Shown here: piece by piece, positions 1 to 9,103 of the stretch
Layout: each line of letters opens with the position of its first letter
Position numbering within the stretch: position 1 is the stretch's first letter
NCBI GenBank assembly: GCA_001781205.1
Contig: MFLE01000025.1
Coordinates: forward strand, 87,300 to 151,299
Origin: Candidatus Kaiserbacteria bacterium RIFCSPHIGHO2_02_FULL_49_34
GTDB taxonomy: Bacteria; Patescibacteriota; Minisyncoccia; Phycocordibacterales; UBA918
DNA length: 64,000 nucleotides
Direction: 5' to 3'
Program-made: the position numbers and the translations under genes
Notes under the pieces: model-generated
Databases searched by the model: none
The model's input: the letters and a program-made list of their open reading frames with translations, nothing else
What the model was told of the DNA's origin: nothing

Positions 1-228
1 CACCCGCGCGCCGTTGTCGCCAAAGCTGGCATCCCGACAGAAGTTACCTTTATCACCAACAACAACTTCGACTGCTCAAACGATATTCTTATCCCCGCAC
101 TCGGCAACAAAACCCAACTCGCGCCAACCGACACAAAAACAGTAGCACTCGGCACCCGTACCGCAGGCGAAACAATCTCCGGCGGCTGCTCGATGAGTAT
201 GTATAATTTTAATATTACGTTTCAGTAA
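1..228 (+). CDS. Partial (5'-truncated) cupredoxin-like domain protein
   Basis: Frame +1 is open to TAA at 226-228: HPRAVVAKAGIPTEVTFITNNNFDCSNDILIPALG...ISGGCSMSMY. The C...CSMxMY pattern fits CupA/EfeO-type cupredoxin domains. Confidence 0.6.
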   Translation, partial: HPRAVVAKAGIPTEVTFITNNNFDCSNDILIPALGNKTQLAPTDTKTVALGTRTAGETISGGCSMSMYNFNITFQ

Positions 229-254
229 ACATAAATTGTAACAGTATCCCTAGT

Positions 255-296
255 CAAAACAATAGCCTCTCCATATGTGAAGAGGCTATTGTTTTG
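255..296. terminator. Bidirectional intrinsic terminator
   Basis: 16-bp perfect stem caaaacaatagcctct/agaggctattgttttg between convergent genes. Confidence 0.8.
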
Positions 297-298
297 AA

Positions 299-931
299 TC
301 ACATAATCCATGGCTTCGACAACTCATTCGTCAATCCGATTTTATCAGTAAGGACATTGTGTGGATAGTCGAAGATATCGCGAGTGTGCTTATCATACAT
401 ACCAAGACGATACTGGAGGTCATCCGTTTCGAGGAGCATGAAGCGGATTGACGTACCGATGTCCGCTTCGATAGAACGAACGGCAACCTCAACCTTTGCA
501 AGCTCAGGACTTTTTGCGGTAAGCAACAAGTCGACGGTTTGTTCTGGTTCGCGAACAAAGATACCCGATGTCACCACCACATCAAACTTCCCTGCTTTCT
601 TCAAGTGATTGAGGACGGTCTCGCCACCAATCGGTGCTGTTTCGGTAAGGAAGCGATGCATCGGCAGCAAGAATGGAAAATCCTTGTCGCAAAAAAATAC
701 CTGTTCCTTAATCTTTGCTTTTTTGCCTTCTTGTGCAACAGAAATAGTTTTCTTTTTTATAACACCCGCGCGTTCAAGCACGCTGAGCTCCGTGCGCGCA
801 GTGCGACGAACAAGGCGGGCACGACGAGCGATTTCATCGACGGTAAATTCTTCCTCTGGATTAAAACAGAAAAAGCGAAGCAGCTTCATGCGCGCCGTGC
901 CATCAAAAAGTAGTGCAAGTGCATCGTACAT
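299..931 (-). CDS. Winged helix-turn-helix protein with a C-terminal nucleotidyltransferase-like region
   Basis: N-terminal LF..ARMKLLRFF..NP.EEF...EIAR wHTH pattern; C-terminal VDLLL motif. Confidence 0.55.
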   Translation of the reverse strand: MYDALALLFDGTARMKLLRFFCFNPEEEFTVDEIARRARLVRRTARTELSVLERAGVIKKKTISVAQEGKKAKIKEQVFFCDKDFPFLLPMHRFLTETAPIGGETVLNHLKKAGKFDVVVTSGIFVREPEQTVDLLLTAKSPELAKVEVAVRSIEADIGTSIRFMLLETDDLQYRLGMYDKHTRDIFDYPHNVLTDKIGLTNELSKPWIM

Positions 932-996
932 AAGTTCTTACACTATAGCACAATGAAAATCAGCCACTTCTTGACAAAGTCAGCATATATACCGCA

Positions 997-1947
997 CTAT
1001 CGCATGAACCATTCAACAATCGAACCGACCGCCGAGGCAAAAAGTACCGCTGCCGCAATAAGTCCAAGATTGAGAGCAACGCGTTTACGAATTGAAATAC
1101 CCGTAAGAAACGCGAGTACCACGGAAATAATCGTCACTCCGACCGCTGCCGTAACGACCGATAATACAAAGCTAGGACTTCCGAAAAACACGGGCATAAG
1201 TGGCAAAAATCCACCAACAATAAACGCGCACCCGACAATAAGGGCATTCGTGACTGCTCCTGTCGCACCGTTTAAGTCAACCGTGGGGTGCCCGGTCGTA
1301 AGGAAACGATCCTTTGCTTCTTTAATGGTATCAAGCTCACGCTCAGCACGATCGGCAGCGTACGCTCCAGCCGCCATAGAGAATGAACCTGCTGAAATAA
1401 CCGAAAGTCCTGCAAGCATCATCACACTCGGGTTCGAAATGGTCGCATAAAACCCGACAACCGCTCCAAGCATTTCAACCAGCCCATCGTTAAAGCCGAG
1501 AATAAAGCTCCGCACGCGTTCGCCGGTGATTTTCGAAGAATAGGCATCACCGACAATCTGCGCCTCATGCTCAAGTTCATCGCGCAAAATCGCATTGAGA
1601 GGTTCTTCAAGTGCCGTACCGGCAACAGAATGCGCAAGCAGTAAATACTCGCGAATCCCATGAACTTCAATTGCTTCGACAATGAGTCGAATACCCGTGT
1701 CGCCAAAAATATACACGCATGCAGTGAGGATAGCAGTCTTCACACGCGCCGTAATCCCCTGCGCAGGAATCTTCACATGTGGAATATACTTCTTCCAAAT
1801 CGCTATATGACGCTCTTCTTCCGCAATCATCGTCGACAAAATCGCCTTCAAGTCTTCACTTTTTGCTCGACGCAAAAAACGCTTATACAGCTGCAAATCA
1901 AACTGCTCATGCAGCACAAGCTGCAACGCACGGGTATCATGTAACAT
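997..1947 (-). CDS. Rubrerythrin-like domain fused to a VIT1/CCC1 iron transporter
   Basis: EExH motifs (EEERH, DELEH); GFNDGLVE and SMAAGAY VIT1 motifs; C-terminal TM helices. Confidence 0.85.
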   Translation of the reverse strand: MLHDTRALQLVLHEQFDLQLYKRFLRRAKSEDLKAILSTMIAEEERHIAIWKKYIPHVKIPAQGITARVKTAILTACVYIFGDTGIRLIVEAIEVHGIREYLLLAHSVAGTALEEPLNAILRDELEHEAQIVGDAYSSKITGERVRSFILGFNDGLVEMLGAVVGFYATISNPSVMMLAGLSVISAGSFSMAAGAYAADRAERELDTIKEAKDRFLTTGHPTVDLNGATGAVTNALIVGCAFIVGGFLPLMPVFFGSPSFVLSVVTAAVGVTIISVVLAFLTGISIRKRVALNLGLIAAAVLFASAVGSIVEWFMR

Positions 1948-2005
1948 GTTGCCATTCTAGCACAGTCTCAGAAAAATTTTTTAGAAGTCGTGGTACACTG
2001 CAGGC

Positions 2006-3007
2006 ATGACGTACGACATTCTTGCCATTGGCGACATTACTATTGATGACTTCATTGCGCTCAATCCTGATGAGGCGCGGATTGATCGTGATGAACGCAC
2101 GGGGCGCGAACGACTCTCTATGGAATTCGGCGGGAAGATTCCGTATCTTTCTTCAACAGTCGTGCCTGCGGTCGGAAACTCGCCCAATGCAGCGGTTTCT
2201 GCGGCACGACTCGGGCTCAAGTCCGCGCTTGCAACAAATATTGGTGCAGACCGTCACGGAAAAGAGTGTCTTGAAGTGCTCCGCCGTGAGGGAGTACATA
2301 CTTCCTGCGTCGTCCAGCACGAGCGCAAAGCAACCAACTACCATTACGTGCTCCGCTATGGTGCCGAACGTACTATTCTCATTAAGCACGAGGCGTATCC
2401 ATACACCATGCCCGCACTCCCGAATCCGCCGCGTGCGATATACTTTTCTTCCATCGGCGAAGACGGCATACAGTTCCATCATGATATCGCTGCCTATTGT
2501 GCACAACATCCTGAGATACAACTTACCTTCCAGCCCGGAACCTTCCAGTTGCGACTCGGCTTCGATACACTCCGCGACCTATATGCGGTAACGCATCTTT
2601 TTGTCTGCAATGTCGAAGAAGCACAACAAATTTTAGATACCGACGAAAAAGACATACCGACACTCATGCGTGCTATCCGCGACTGCGGCCCGCGCACCGT
2701 GTCGATTACCGATGGTACCCGCGGCGCGTTTGCACTTGACGAAGACGATGTCGCCTGGTTTATGCCCGCCTATCCTGACCCAAAAGAGCCCATCGACAGA
2801 ACAGGTGCCGGTGACTCTTTCGCCTCAACGGTAACCGCTATGCGTTTGCATGGACTACCTCTTCATGAAGCACTTCGCTATGGACCGATTAATTCAATGA
2901 ATGTTGTCCAACACATCGGAGCACAAGAAGGACTCCTGACTCGGGAGAAACTTGATGAACACCTAGCAAACGCCCCCGAGAACTACACTGTTCGGCGCCT
3001 TACATAA
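2006..3007 (+). CDS. PfkB family carbohydrate kinase
   Basis: GNSPNAAVSAARLG and DRTGAGDSF PfkB signatures. Confidence 0.9.
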   Translation: MTYDILAIGDITIDDFIALNPDEARIDRDERTGRERLSMEFGGKIPYLSSTVVPAVGNSPNAAVSAARLGLKSALATNIGADRHGKECLEVLRREGVHTSCVVQHERKATNYHYVLRYGAERTILIKHEAYPYTMPALPNPPRAIYFSSIGEDGIQFHHDIAAYCAQHPEIQLTFQPGTFQLRLGFDTLRDLYAVTHLFVCNVEEAQQILDTDEKDIPTLMRAIRDCGPRTVSITDGTRGAFALDEDDVAWFMPAYPDPKEPIDRTGAGDSFASTVTAMRLHGLPLHEALRYGPINSMNVVQHIGAQEGLLTREKLDEHLANAPENYTVRRLT

Positions 3008-3039
3008 AAACACTCTCCATTCGTGGAGAGTGTTTTTAT
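3004..3039. terminator. Bidirectional intrinsic terminator
   Basis: ataaaaacactctcca-ttcg-tggagagtgtttttat perfect hairpin between convergent genes. Confidence 0.85.
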
Positions 3040-3050
3040 GTAAGTCCGAA

Positions 3051-3812
3051 CTATTCTCGAATCCGCCAACCTTTCTGAAAGAGAGTCACGACAAGTATTG
3101 CAAGTGCCGTCGCGGTACCAAGAAGTATCAAACCGCCAATGCGAGGGTCGACCTGTGCAGTGCCGAGTGTCACGTACCGCATGAGGTCAATAATATGGAA
3201 AAGCGGGTTCGCAAGAGTAATCTGTCGCACCGTACCACTCAGAAGATCAAGTGAGTAGAACATGCCTCCGAGATAGGTTAGTGGGGTAAGAACAAATGTC
3301 GAGAAGACACCAAGTTGTTCAAACCCTTGCGCCCACAAGCCAACGATAAGCCCAGCAAGCGAGAAGACAACCGCGATGCCAATACCGGTCAGTAAAAATA
3401 GGAACGGATGCGTAATCGTTACTGCACCGAATGCCGTCCCGATAGCTAGTGCACCAACGCCGATTAGGAGTGAGCGAAGTGTTGCTGCAGTCACATAACT
3501 GCCGACCATTTCCACATACGAAAATGGTGCTACAAGCAATTCATGAATCGCTCGCGTCCATCGCGCAAAGTAGAGCGAGTTTGACGAGCTTTCAAATGCT
3601 GCCGAAATCATGTACATCGTGAGGATGCCGGGAAAAACGAATGCTAAATACGAAACGCCCGCAACCATGTCGATTGAGCGCCCGAGCACGTAGCCGAAAA
3701 TAAAGATAAAGAGTGTCGCGGCAATAAGCGGCGCGGCAAACGTCTGTACTTTGACGCGCCAAATCCGCTTCATTTCGCGTCGTAAAAATGTGAGAATTCC
3801 AATAGTGTTCAT
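3051..3812 (-). CDS. ABC-2 type transporter permease (YadH-like)
   Basis: Six TM segments; YLAFVFPG, PLTYLGGMFY and NPLFHIID motifs. Confidence 0.9.
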   Translation of the reverse strand: MNTIGILTFLRREMKRIWRVKVQTFAAPLIAATLFIFIFGYVLGRSIDMVAGVSYLAFVFPGILTMYMISAAFESSSNSLYFARWTRAIHELLVAPFSYVEMVGSYVTAATLRSLLIGVGALAIGTAFGAVTITHPFLFLLTGIGIAVVFSLAGLIVGLWAQGFEQLGVFSTFVLTPLTYLGGMFYSLDLLSGTVRQITLANPLFHIIDLMRYVTLGTAQVDPRIGGLILLGTATALAILVVTLFQKGWRIRE

Positions 3813-3813
3813 A

Positions 3814-4545
3814 TTACGCGTGCATATTACCAGTAATCTTTAAATACGCATTTTCGAGCGTATCCCCATTCTTCACAAATTCTTCCTTCATAGCATCAGC
3901 GACAATGGTGCCGCCGTTTATGATAGCAATACGGTCACAGAGACGTTCTACTTCTTCAAGATAATGTGACGTAAGCACAATCGTGACACCTTGCGCATTG
4001 AGCGCTTCAAGATGCTTCCAGAGTTCATGACGCTGCTCAACATCAACTCCTGCGGTTGGCTCATCGAGTATGAGCACCTCTGGCTCATGGACCATTGCGC
4101 GCGCAAGCATCACTCGACGCTTCATACCGCCAGAGAGGTGTTGGAACTGCTTGTCTTTATGAGCTTGTAAATCAAACTGAGTCAAGAGCGCATCAACACG
4201 CCTCGTGCGCGTCGCCTTATCAAGCCCATAATACCCACCCATAAAATCAATAATTTGCTGCACCGTTGAGAAAATATCAACATTGAATTCCTGCGGTGAA
4301 AGCCCAACTTTCGTACGTGCGGTACGATAGTCCTGCACAACATCATATCCCGCAATTCTTAAGGTCCCACTCGACGGCATTGCGATACCCGTAAGGCAAT
4401 GAATCGTCGTTGATTTGCCTGCACCATTGGGCCCTAGTAGTCCAAAAAATTGTCCTCGTGGCACGACAAGGTCAATTCCCTTCACCGCCTCCACTCCCGT
4501 GCGATAGCGCTTTGTAAAGTTTTTTATTTCTATAATGTTATCCAT
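3814..4545 (-). CDS. ABC transporter ATP-binding protein (YadG-like)
   Basis: Walker A GPNGAGKS, signature LSGGM, Walker B LILDEP. Start placed at ATG 4545. Confidence 0.92.
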   Translation of the reverse strand: MDNIIEIKNFTKRYRTGVEAVKGIDLVVPRGQFFGLLGPNGAGKSTTIHCLTGIAMPSSGTLRIAGYDVVQDYRTARTKVGLSPQEFNVDIFSTVQQIIDFMGGYYGLDKATRTRRVDALLTQFDLQAHKDKQFQHLSGGMKRRVMLARAMVHEPEVLILDEPTAGVDVEQRHELWKHLEALNAQGVTIVLTSHYLEEVERLCDRIAIINGGTIVADAMKEEFVKNGDTLENAYLKITGNMHA

Positions 4546-4667
4546 AGGTTTACATAGTACACTATCGATCAACATCGAGCAACTGTCCTTTTCCCGAAGG
4601 CGTACGCATCAAAAAAGCCTCAGATATACTGAGGCCTTCTCTGGGGGAGAGGTGAGAAGAACAAAAA

Positions 4668-4898
4668 TTACGATGACATATCGAGACCGAGCTTGTAAGG
4701 CTCACAACCAGTGAGTTGTACAAACTTTTCCCGTTCGGGGAGTGGCAACGCTTGTGCGGCGATACGTTTTCGCTGCTTTTCAAACGGACACACCATGAAT
4801 GCCTTCACTTGCCCTGGCGGACGCCCGAGCTCGTCGATTTCGAATTCATAGCCAATTTCGAAGTCGCCGCCGGTAAGCGGAATGACCGTGTTTTGCAT
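4668..4898 (-). CDS. Small hypothetical protein (76 aa)
   Basis: AGGAG SD upstream of ATG 4898; hairpin downstream near 4615-4637. Confidence 0.5.
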   Translation of the reverse strand: MQNTVIPLTGGDFEIGYEFEIDELGRPPGQVKAFMVCPFEKQRKRIAAQALPLPEREKFVQLTGCEPYKLGLDMSS

Positions 4899-5028
4899 GA
4901 GATATCTCCTTATTATGTGCAAAAGGAACAACAAACGCCACGAAACGTGTGGCTCATATATATAACCACAAACCCCTCCAGGATGCAATTTTTTACAAAT
5001 TATGTTACAGTGCCAGCACACCAAATAC

Positions 5029-5099
5029 GGGTCCATAGTTTAGTGGCAGAACATCGGTCTCCAAAACCGAGAGTGAGGGTTCGATTCCTTCTGGGCCCG
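5029..5099 (+). tRNA. tRNA-Trp(CCA)
   Basis: Acceptor gggtcca/tgggccc, anticodon arm tcggt-ctCCAaa-accga, T-loop ttcgatt; 3' CCA not encoded. Confidence 0.95.
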
Positions 5100-5147
5100 C
5101 CGTAGCCAAAAAAACTGCGAATGCAGTTTTTTTGTTGCTACCGGCGA

Positions 5148-5342
5148 GGCCCAGAAGGAATCGAACGGCGTAAGGCGGTACACAAGATTTCTGTTGATGT
5201 GTAGCGAAGCGAAACACAACAAAAATACTTGTCGCCGCGCCGGGGCCGGTAACACTTAGCAGAATTGGAGCGATAGCGAACAATTATGCTTAGTGATTGT
5301 GGCCGATTCCTTCTGGGCCCGCAGTAGTACCCGATTCCTTCT
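5148..5342. repeat. Inverted and direct copies of the tRNA-Trp 3' end
   Basis: 5148-5166 is the reverse complement of 5079-5097. 5304-5322 is a direct copy of 5082-5100. 5332-5342 is a partial third copy. Confidence 0.85.
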
Positions 5343-5435
5343 TGACCCCTCCACCCCAACCCTAGACAATCGAAACTTCACATGCTACAGTTTTTCTGTT
5401 CATTGCTCTTTCCCTTTCTCGTCAGGAGTTTCCCC

Positions 5436-5972
5436 ATGAATCTGTTCAAACAGCATCGCGAAATGCATCGTCTTTTCGAAGAACTCGCCCACGAACCTTT
5501 CTGGTCCGAATACTACGAACTTGCCATCCGTCACTTGGATCTCGATGTCCTTCTCTTCGAAGTCGGTAGGTCTGCACAAAAAGTTATTTTATGCAACGTC
5601 GTATCCAGCTCTGATATTAATGACCCTTCCCTACAGTTCTTCCGTGGTGAATCGCGCCTCCCCTTCGCCGATGCCGTAAATCTCCTACTTGATCCGTCGA
5701 CGGAGATTCATATCCACGGAGAACGCGGTAGCGGCAACCTGTACAACTTGCTGGTACAGATTGTCATGGATCTTCAGCGAAATGTCGTCATTATGCGCAA
5801 AGAAGCACAGGAGTCGAACAGCTACACTGCATTCGAGCAGATCATGATGTTCGAGCGAAAGTTCTTTCCGTCAATGAAGACGCTCCTGCGCAAGTATCAA
5901 CGCACGTCGTGGCAGTCCTACGGCAAATTCGCCTGGCTCTTTCTCTCCTTGCGCAATGCACTCACGAGATAA
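5436..5972 (+). CDS. Hypothetical protein, tandem paralogue A
   Basis: AGGAG SD before ATG 5436; aligns along its length with 6103-6654. Confidence 0.75.
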   Translation: MNLFKQHREMHRLFEELAHEPFWSEYYELAIRHLDLDVLLFEVGRSAQKVILCNVVSSSDINDPSLQFFRGESRLPFADAVNLLLDPSTEIHIHGERGSGNLYNLLVQIVMDLQRNVVIMRKEAQESNSYTAFEQIMMFERKFFPSMKTLLRKYQRTSWQSYGKFAWLFLSLRNALTR

Positions 5973-6102
5973 TCCACCTTATAGTAAGGCGAAGCACTGC
6001 TTCGCCTTTTTCTTGTCACGACACCACCTCTCGACAGCAAAATTTTTCCATGCTATAAAAGTATTCGTCTGTTATTTCTATTGTACATCGTGGGGAGTTC
6101 AC

Positions 6103-6654
6103 ATGAACATCTTTCAACAGCACCGTACCTTCCGCAAATACTTCATCAAGCTTGCGCATGAGCAGTTATGGTCCGATTACACCATACTTTGCAGTCAGGA
6201 ACACGCCCGTTGTGGCGGATGTTCACTCTATCGAGTATTTGATATCGGAAGAGCTGCAGATGGCAACATCCTGTCCTGCTGTGGCATTCTGGCCGAGAAT
6301 GGACATCCGAGAATCCTGTTCATGAAAGCTGGGCGATACATACAATTTGAGGAGGGGCTCAATCTACTCCTCAACCCAAACACGAATCTCCACGGATACA
6401 ACGCACATAGCAGTGGCACACCGCAACATATTGTGGTACTGCTCCTCGAAGAAATGCAACAAAATGTGCTCCGCATGCGCACACAGGCCCAAAAAGACAA
6501 CAATTACCTTGCCTTCGAACGCGTACTGACTTTCGATCGTCAGCACCGCCCCACGATACATGCCTTCAGGCGTGACTTCCAATGTCTCCCTTGGAAACCG
6601 TACAACACTCTCAGCTGGCTCTTTCTAAGTCTCCACGACACGCTTGTGTCATAA
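6103..6654 (+). CDS. Hypothetical protein, tandem paralogue B
   Basis: GGGGAG SD before ATG 6103; shares MN.F.QHR, LAHE..WS.Y, NLLL.P.T and WLFLSL with the upstream ORF. Confidence 0.75.
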   Translation: MNIFQQHRTFRKYFIKLAHEQLWSDYTILCSQEHARCGGCSLYRVFDIGRAADGNILSCCGILAENGHPRILFMKAGRYIQFEEGLNLLLNPNTNLHGYNAHSSGTPQHIVVLLLEEMQQNVLRMRTQAQKDNNYLAFERVLTFDRQHRPTIHAFRRDFQCLPWKPYNTLSWLFLSLHDTLVS

Positions 6655-6717
6655 ACTCCTGCTGCACGCGCTATCGCGTGCAGTTTTTTCTATTTTCATG
6701 CTACAATAAAGCGCGTT

Positions 6718-8394
6718 ATGGATAAAAAAGAAATCCGCTTCAAGCGCGCGCAGAATAAGACTAGAAATTATATTTTTGTTGTCGGTGGCGTCATGAGTGG
6801 TGTCGGCAAAGGCATCACAGCATCATCAATCGCCCAGATTCTACAAGCACGCGGTCTTTCAGTCACCGCGATGAAAATTGACCCCTATATCAACGTCGAC
6901 GCTGGCACCATGAACCCTACGGAACATGGTGAAGTTTTTGTTTTGGGCGACGGGTTAGAGACCGACCAAGACATGGGTAACTATGAACGCTTCCTCAATA
7001 TAGACATTCCTGGCATCAATTACATGACAACCGGCAGCGTCTACCGCGATGTTATCGAAAAAGAGCGCAGTGGCGGCTACAAAGGGCGCAATGTGGAAGT
7101 GGTTCCTGACATTCCACTTGAAGTCATCAGCCGATTTGAAAAAGCAGCAGAAGCTGCTGATGCGGACGTGGTAATTGTCGAAATCGGAGGCACCGTCGGC
7201 GAGTATCAAGGGGTACTCTTCCTTGAAGCAATCCGCATGATGAAGGCGAGAGCACCCGAGCACGTTGCAGTCGTTATGGTGAGCTATCTCCCTGTGCCGG
7301 GCTCAGTCGGCGAGATGAAAACAAAACCAACACAAACCGCCGTTCGTGCACTCAACAGCGCTGGTGTCTTTGCCGACTTCATCGTTGCTCGCGGACCGCT
7401 CCCTCTTGATGAGAAGCGCAAAGACAAAATCGCGCAGTTCTGCAACGTGAAGCGCGAACATATTATTTCTGCGCCCGACGTTGCTAGTGTCTACGACGTG
7501 CCGCTCAATTTTGAGAAAGACAATTTTTCAAAGCATCTCTGTGAGGTACTACACCTTCCCTGCACCAAAGAGAGCGACATCAGCGCATGGGGCCGCTTTG
7601 TACAGAAAACAAAAAAGCCGAAACATGCCGTCACCATCGCTGTCGTCGGCAAATACTTTTCATCAGGTGACTTCATTCTCTCCGATGTCTATCTCTCCGT
7701 GCTCGAAGCCATCAAATACTCTGCCTACTCACTTAATGCAAAACCAATCATTCGCTACTTCTCTTCCCTTGATTTTGAGAAGGATCCAAAGAAACTAAAT
7801 GTACTCAGCGAAGTCGACGGCATTCTCGTGCCGGGCGGCTTCGGTACAACTGGGATTGATGGCATCCTCGCCACCATTACCTACGCCCGCACGAAAAAGA
7901 TTCCGTACTTCGGCATCTGTTACGGCATGCAACTTGCCGTCATCGAATACGCCCGCAATGTCCTCAAAATGAAGGATGCACACACAGTAGAGATAAATCC
8001 TAAGACGCCATTCCCCCTCATTGACGTGATGGAAACTCAGCGCGACAATGTAAAGACCCAAAATCTCGGCGGCACCATGCGTCTCGGCGAATACCCTGCC
8101 CACCTCAAAAAAGGCACTATTGCCGCAGCTGCCTACAAGAAAACAGAAATCTCAGAGCGTCACCGTCACCGCTATGAAGTCAATAACACCTACGTCGAGA
8201 GGATTACAGAAGGGGGCGTCATATTCTCCGGGGCCTCCCCTACAGGCGACCTTATGGAAATTCTAGAGCTCCCCAAAACCACCCACCCTTATTTCGTCGC
8301 AACTCAATTCCACCCCGAATTCCACGCCCGCCCTCTTGCACCACACCCACTCTTCACAGCATTTCTCGCAGCAGCGCTCACGCAGCAATCATAA
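6718..8394 (+). CDS. pyrG: CTP synthase
   Basis: GGVMSGVGKG, KIDPYINVDAGTMNP.EHGE, GICYGMQ, ERHRHRYE and QFHPE motifs. Confidence 0.98.
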   Translation: MDKKEIRFKRAQNKTRNYIFVVGGVMSGVGKGITASSIAQILQARGLSVTAMKIDPYINVDAGTMNPTEHGEVFVLGDGLETDQDMGNYERFLNIDIPGINYMTTGSVYRDVIEKERSGGYKGRNVEVVPDIPLEVISRFEKAAEAADADVVIVEIGGTVGEYQGVLFLEAIRMMKARAPEHVAVVMVSYLPVPGSVGEMKTKPTQTAVRALNSAGVFADFIVARGPLPLDEKRKDKIAQFCNVKREHIISAPDVASVYDVPLNFEKDNFSKHLCEVLHLPCTKESDISAWGRFVQKTKKPKHAVTIAVVGKYFSSGDFILSDVYLSVLEAIKYSAYSLNAKPIIRYFSSLDFEKDPKKLNVLSEVDGILVPGGFGTTGIDGILATITYARTKKIPYFGICYGMQLAVIEYARNVLKMKDAHTVEINPKTPFPLIDVMETQRDNVKTQNLGGTMRLGEYPAHLKKGTIAAAAYKKTEISERHRHRYEVNNTYVERITEGGVIFSGASPTGDLMEILELPKTTHPYFVATQFHPEFHARPLAPHPLFTAFLAAALTQQS

Positions 8395-8395
8395 G

Positions 8396-9028
8396 CTATT
8401 GTCTATCAGTAAACACCACAAGTCTTTGGGGACGACTTCTTTCTGCTACATTCCAATCTCCTGAGCACGTAATGAGATTAAGGTGCGCTTTGCCATCGTT
8501 TGATACAAACACATCGAATGATGATTCATCTTTGTCATACATACGAATCTCACGCACAACAAACGTGATAACAGTGTCGTCTTCATCTACAACAAATATC
8601 TCATCACCTTCGCGTAGTTTATGTAGATTATCAAATACCGCAGGAATATTATTCTTCCATCCGAAGTGCCCTGCAAGAACAGCACTCCCTATCTCACCAG
8701 GGCGCGGACCATAATGAAACCACGCCACTTCGTCAGGTCTTTCCGGCACTTCCATCTCTCCCTCAAGGGTAGTTCCGACAGGAATAACACCTGTGCGAAT
8801 ACCAATCTTTGGAATGAGGAGTTGTACGGGAACCCCAATCATCTCACCTTCTTGCGTTAGTAAATCTGGGACATATTTTTCGACTTGCACCGATGGTGCG
8901 TTCAGCACGTTGACTTCCTGCGGCAAATTTCTCTGGCTCAGATATGCAGCCGGGGCCATACCAAGAAGCATGAATCCTGGAAGACTCACGAGCAATACTA
9001 CTTGTTTAGGTGTTATTTTTTGTTGCAT
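8396..9028 (-). CDS. Class F sortase
   Basis: N-terminal TM; PGEIGSAVLAGH, LNLITC and downstream Arg (RLVVF). Confidence 0.9.
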   Translation of the reverse strand: MQQKITPKQVVLLVSLPGFMLLGMAPAAYLSQRNLPQEVNVLNAPSVQVEKYVPDLLTQEGEMIGVPVQLLIPKIGIRTGVIPVGTTLEGEMEVPERPDEVAWFHYGPRPGEIGSAVLAGHFGWKNNIPAVFDNLHKLREGDEIFVVDEDDTVITFVVREIRMYDKDESSFDVFVSNDGKAHLNLITCSGDWNVAERSRPQRLVVFTDRQ

Positions 9029-9103
9029 ACCATGAGGTATATTTACAAATACCAGACAACCTTGTGTCTGGCACTTGTTTGTTACAAATGTATAGCACGC
9101 AGT

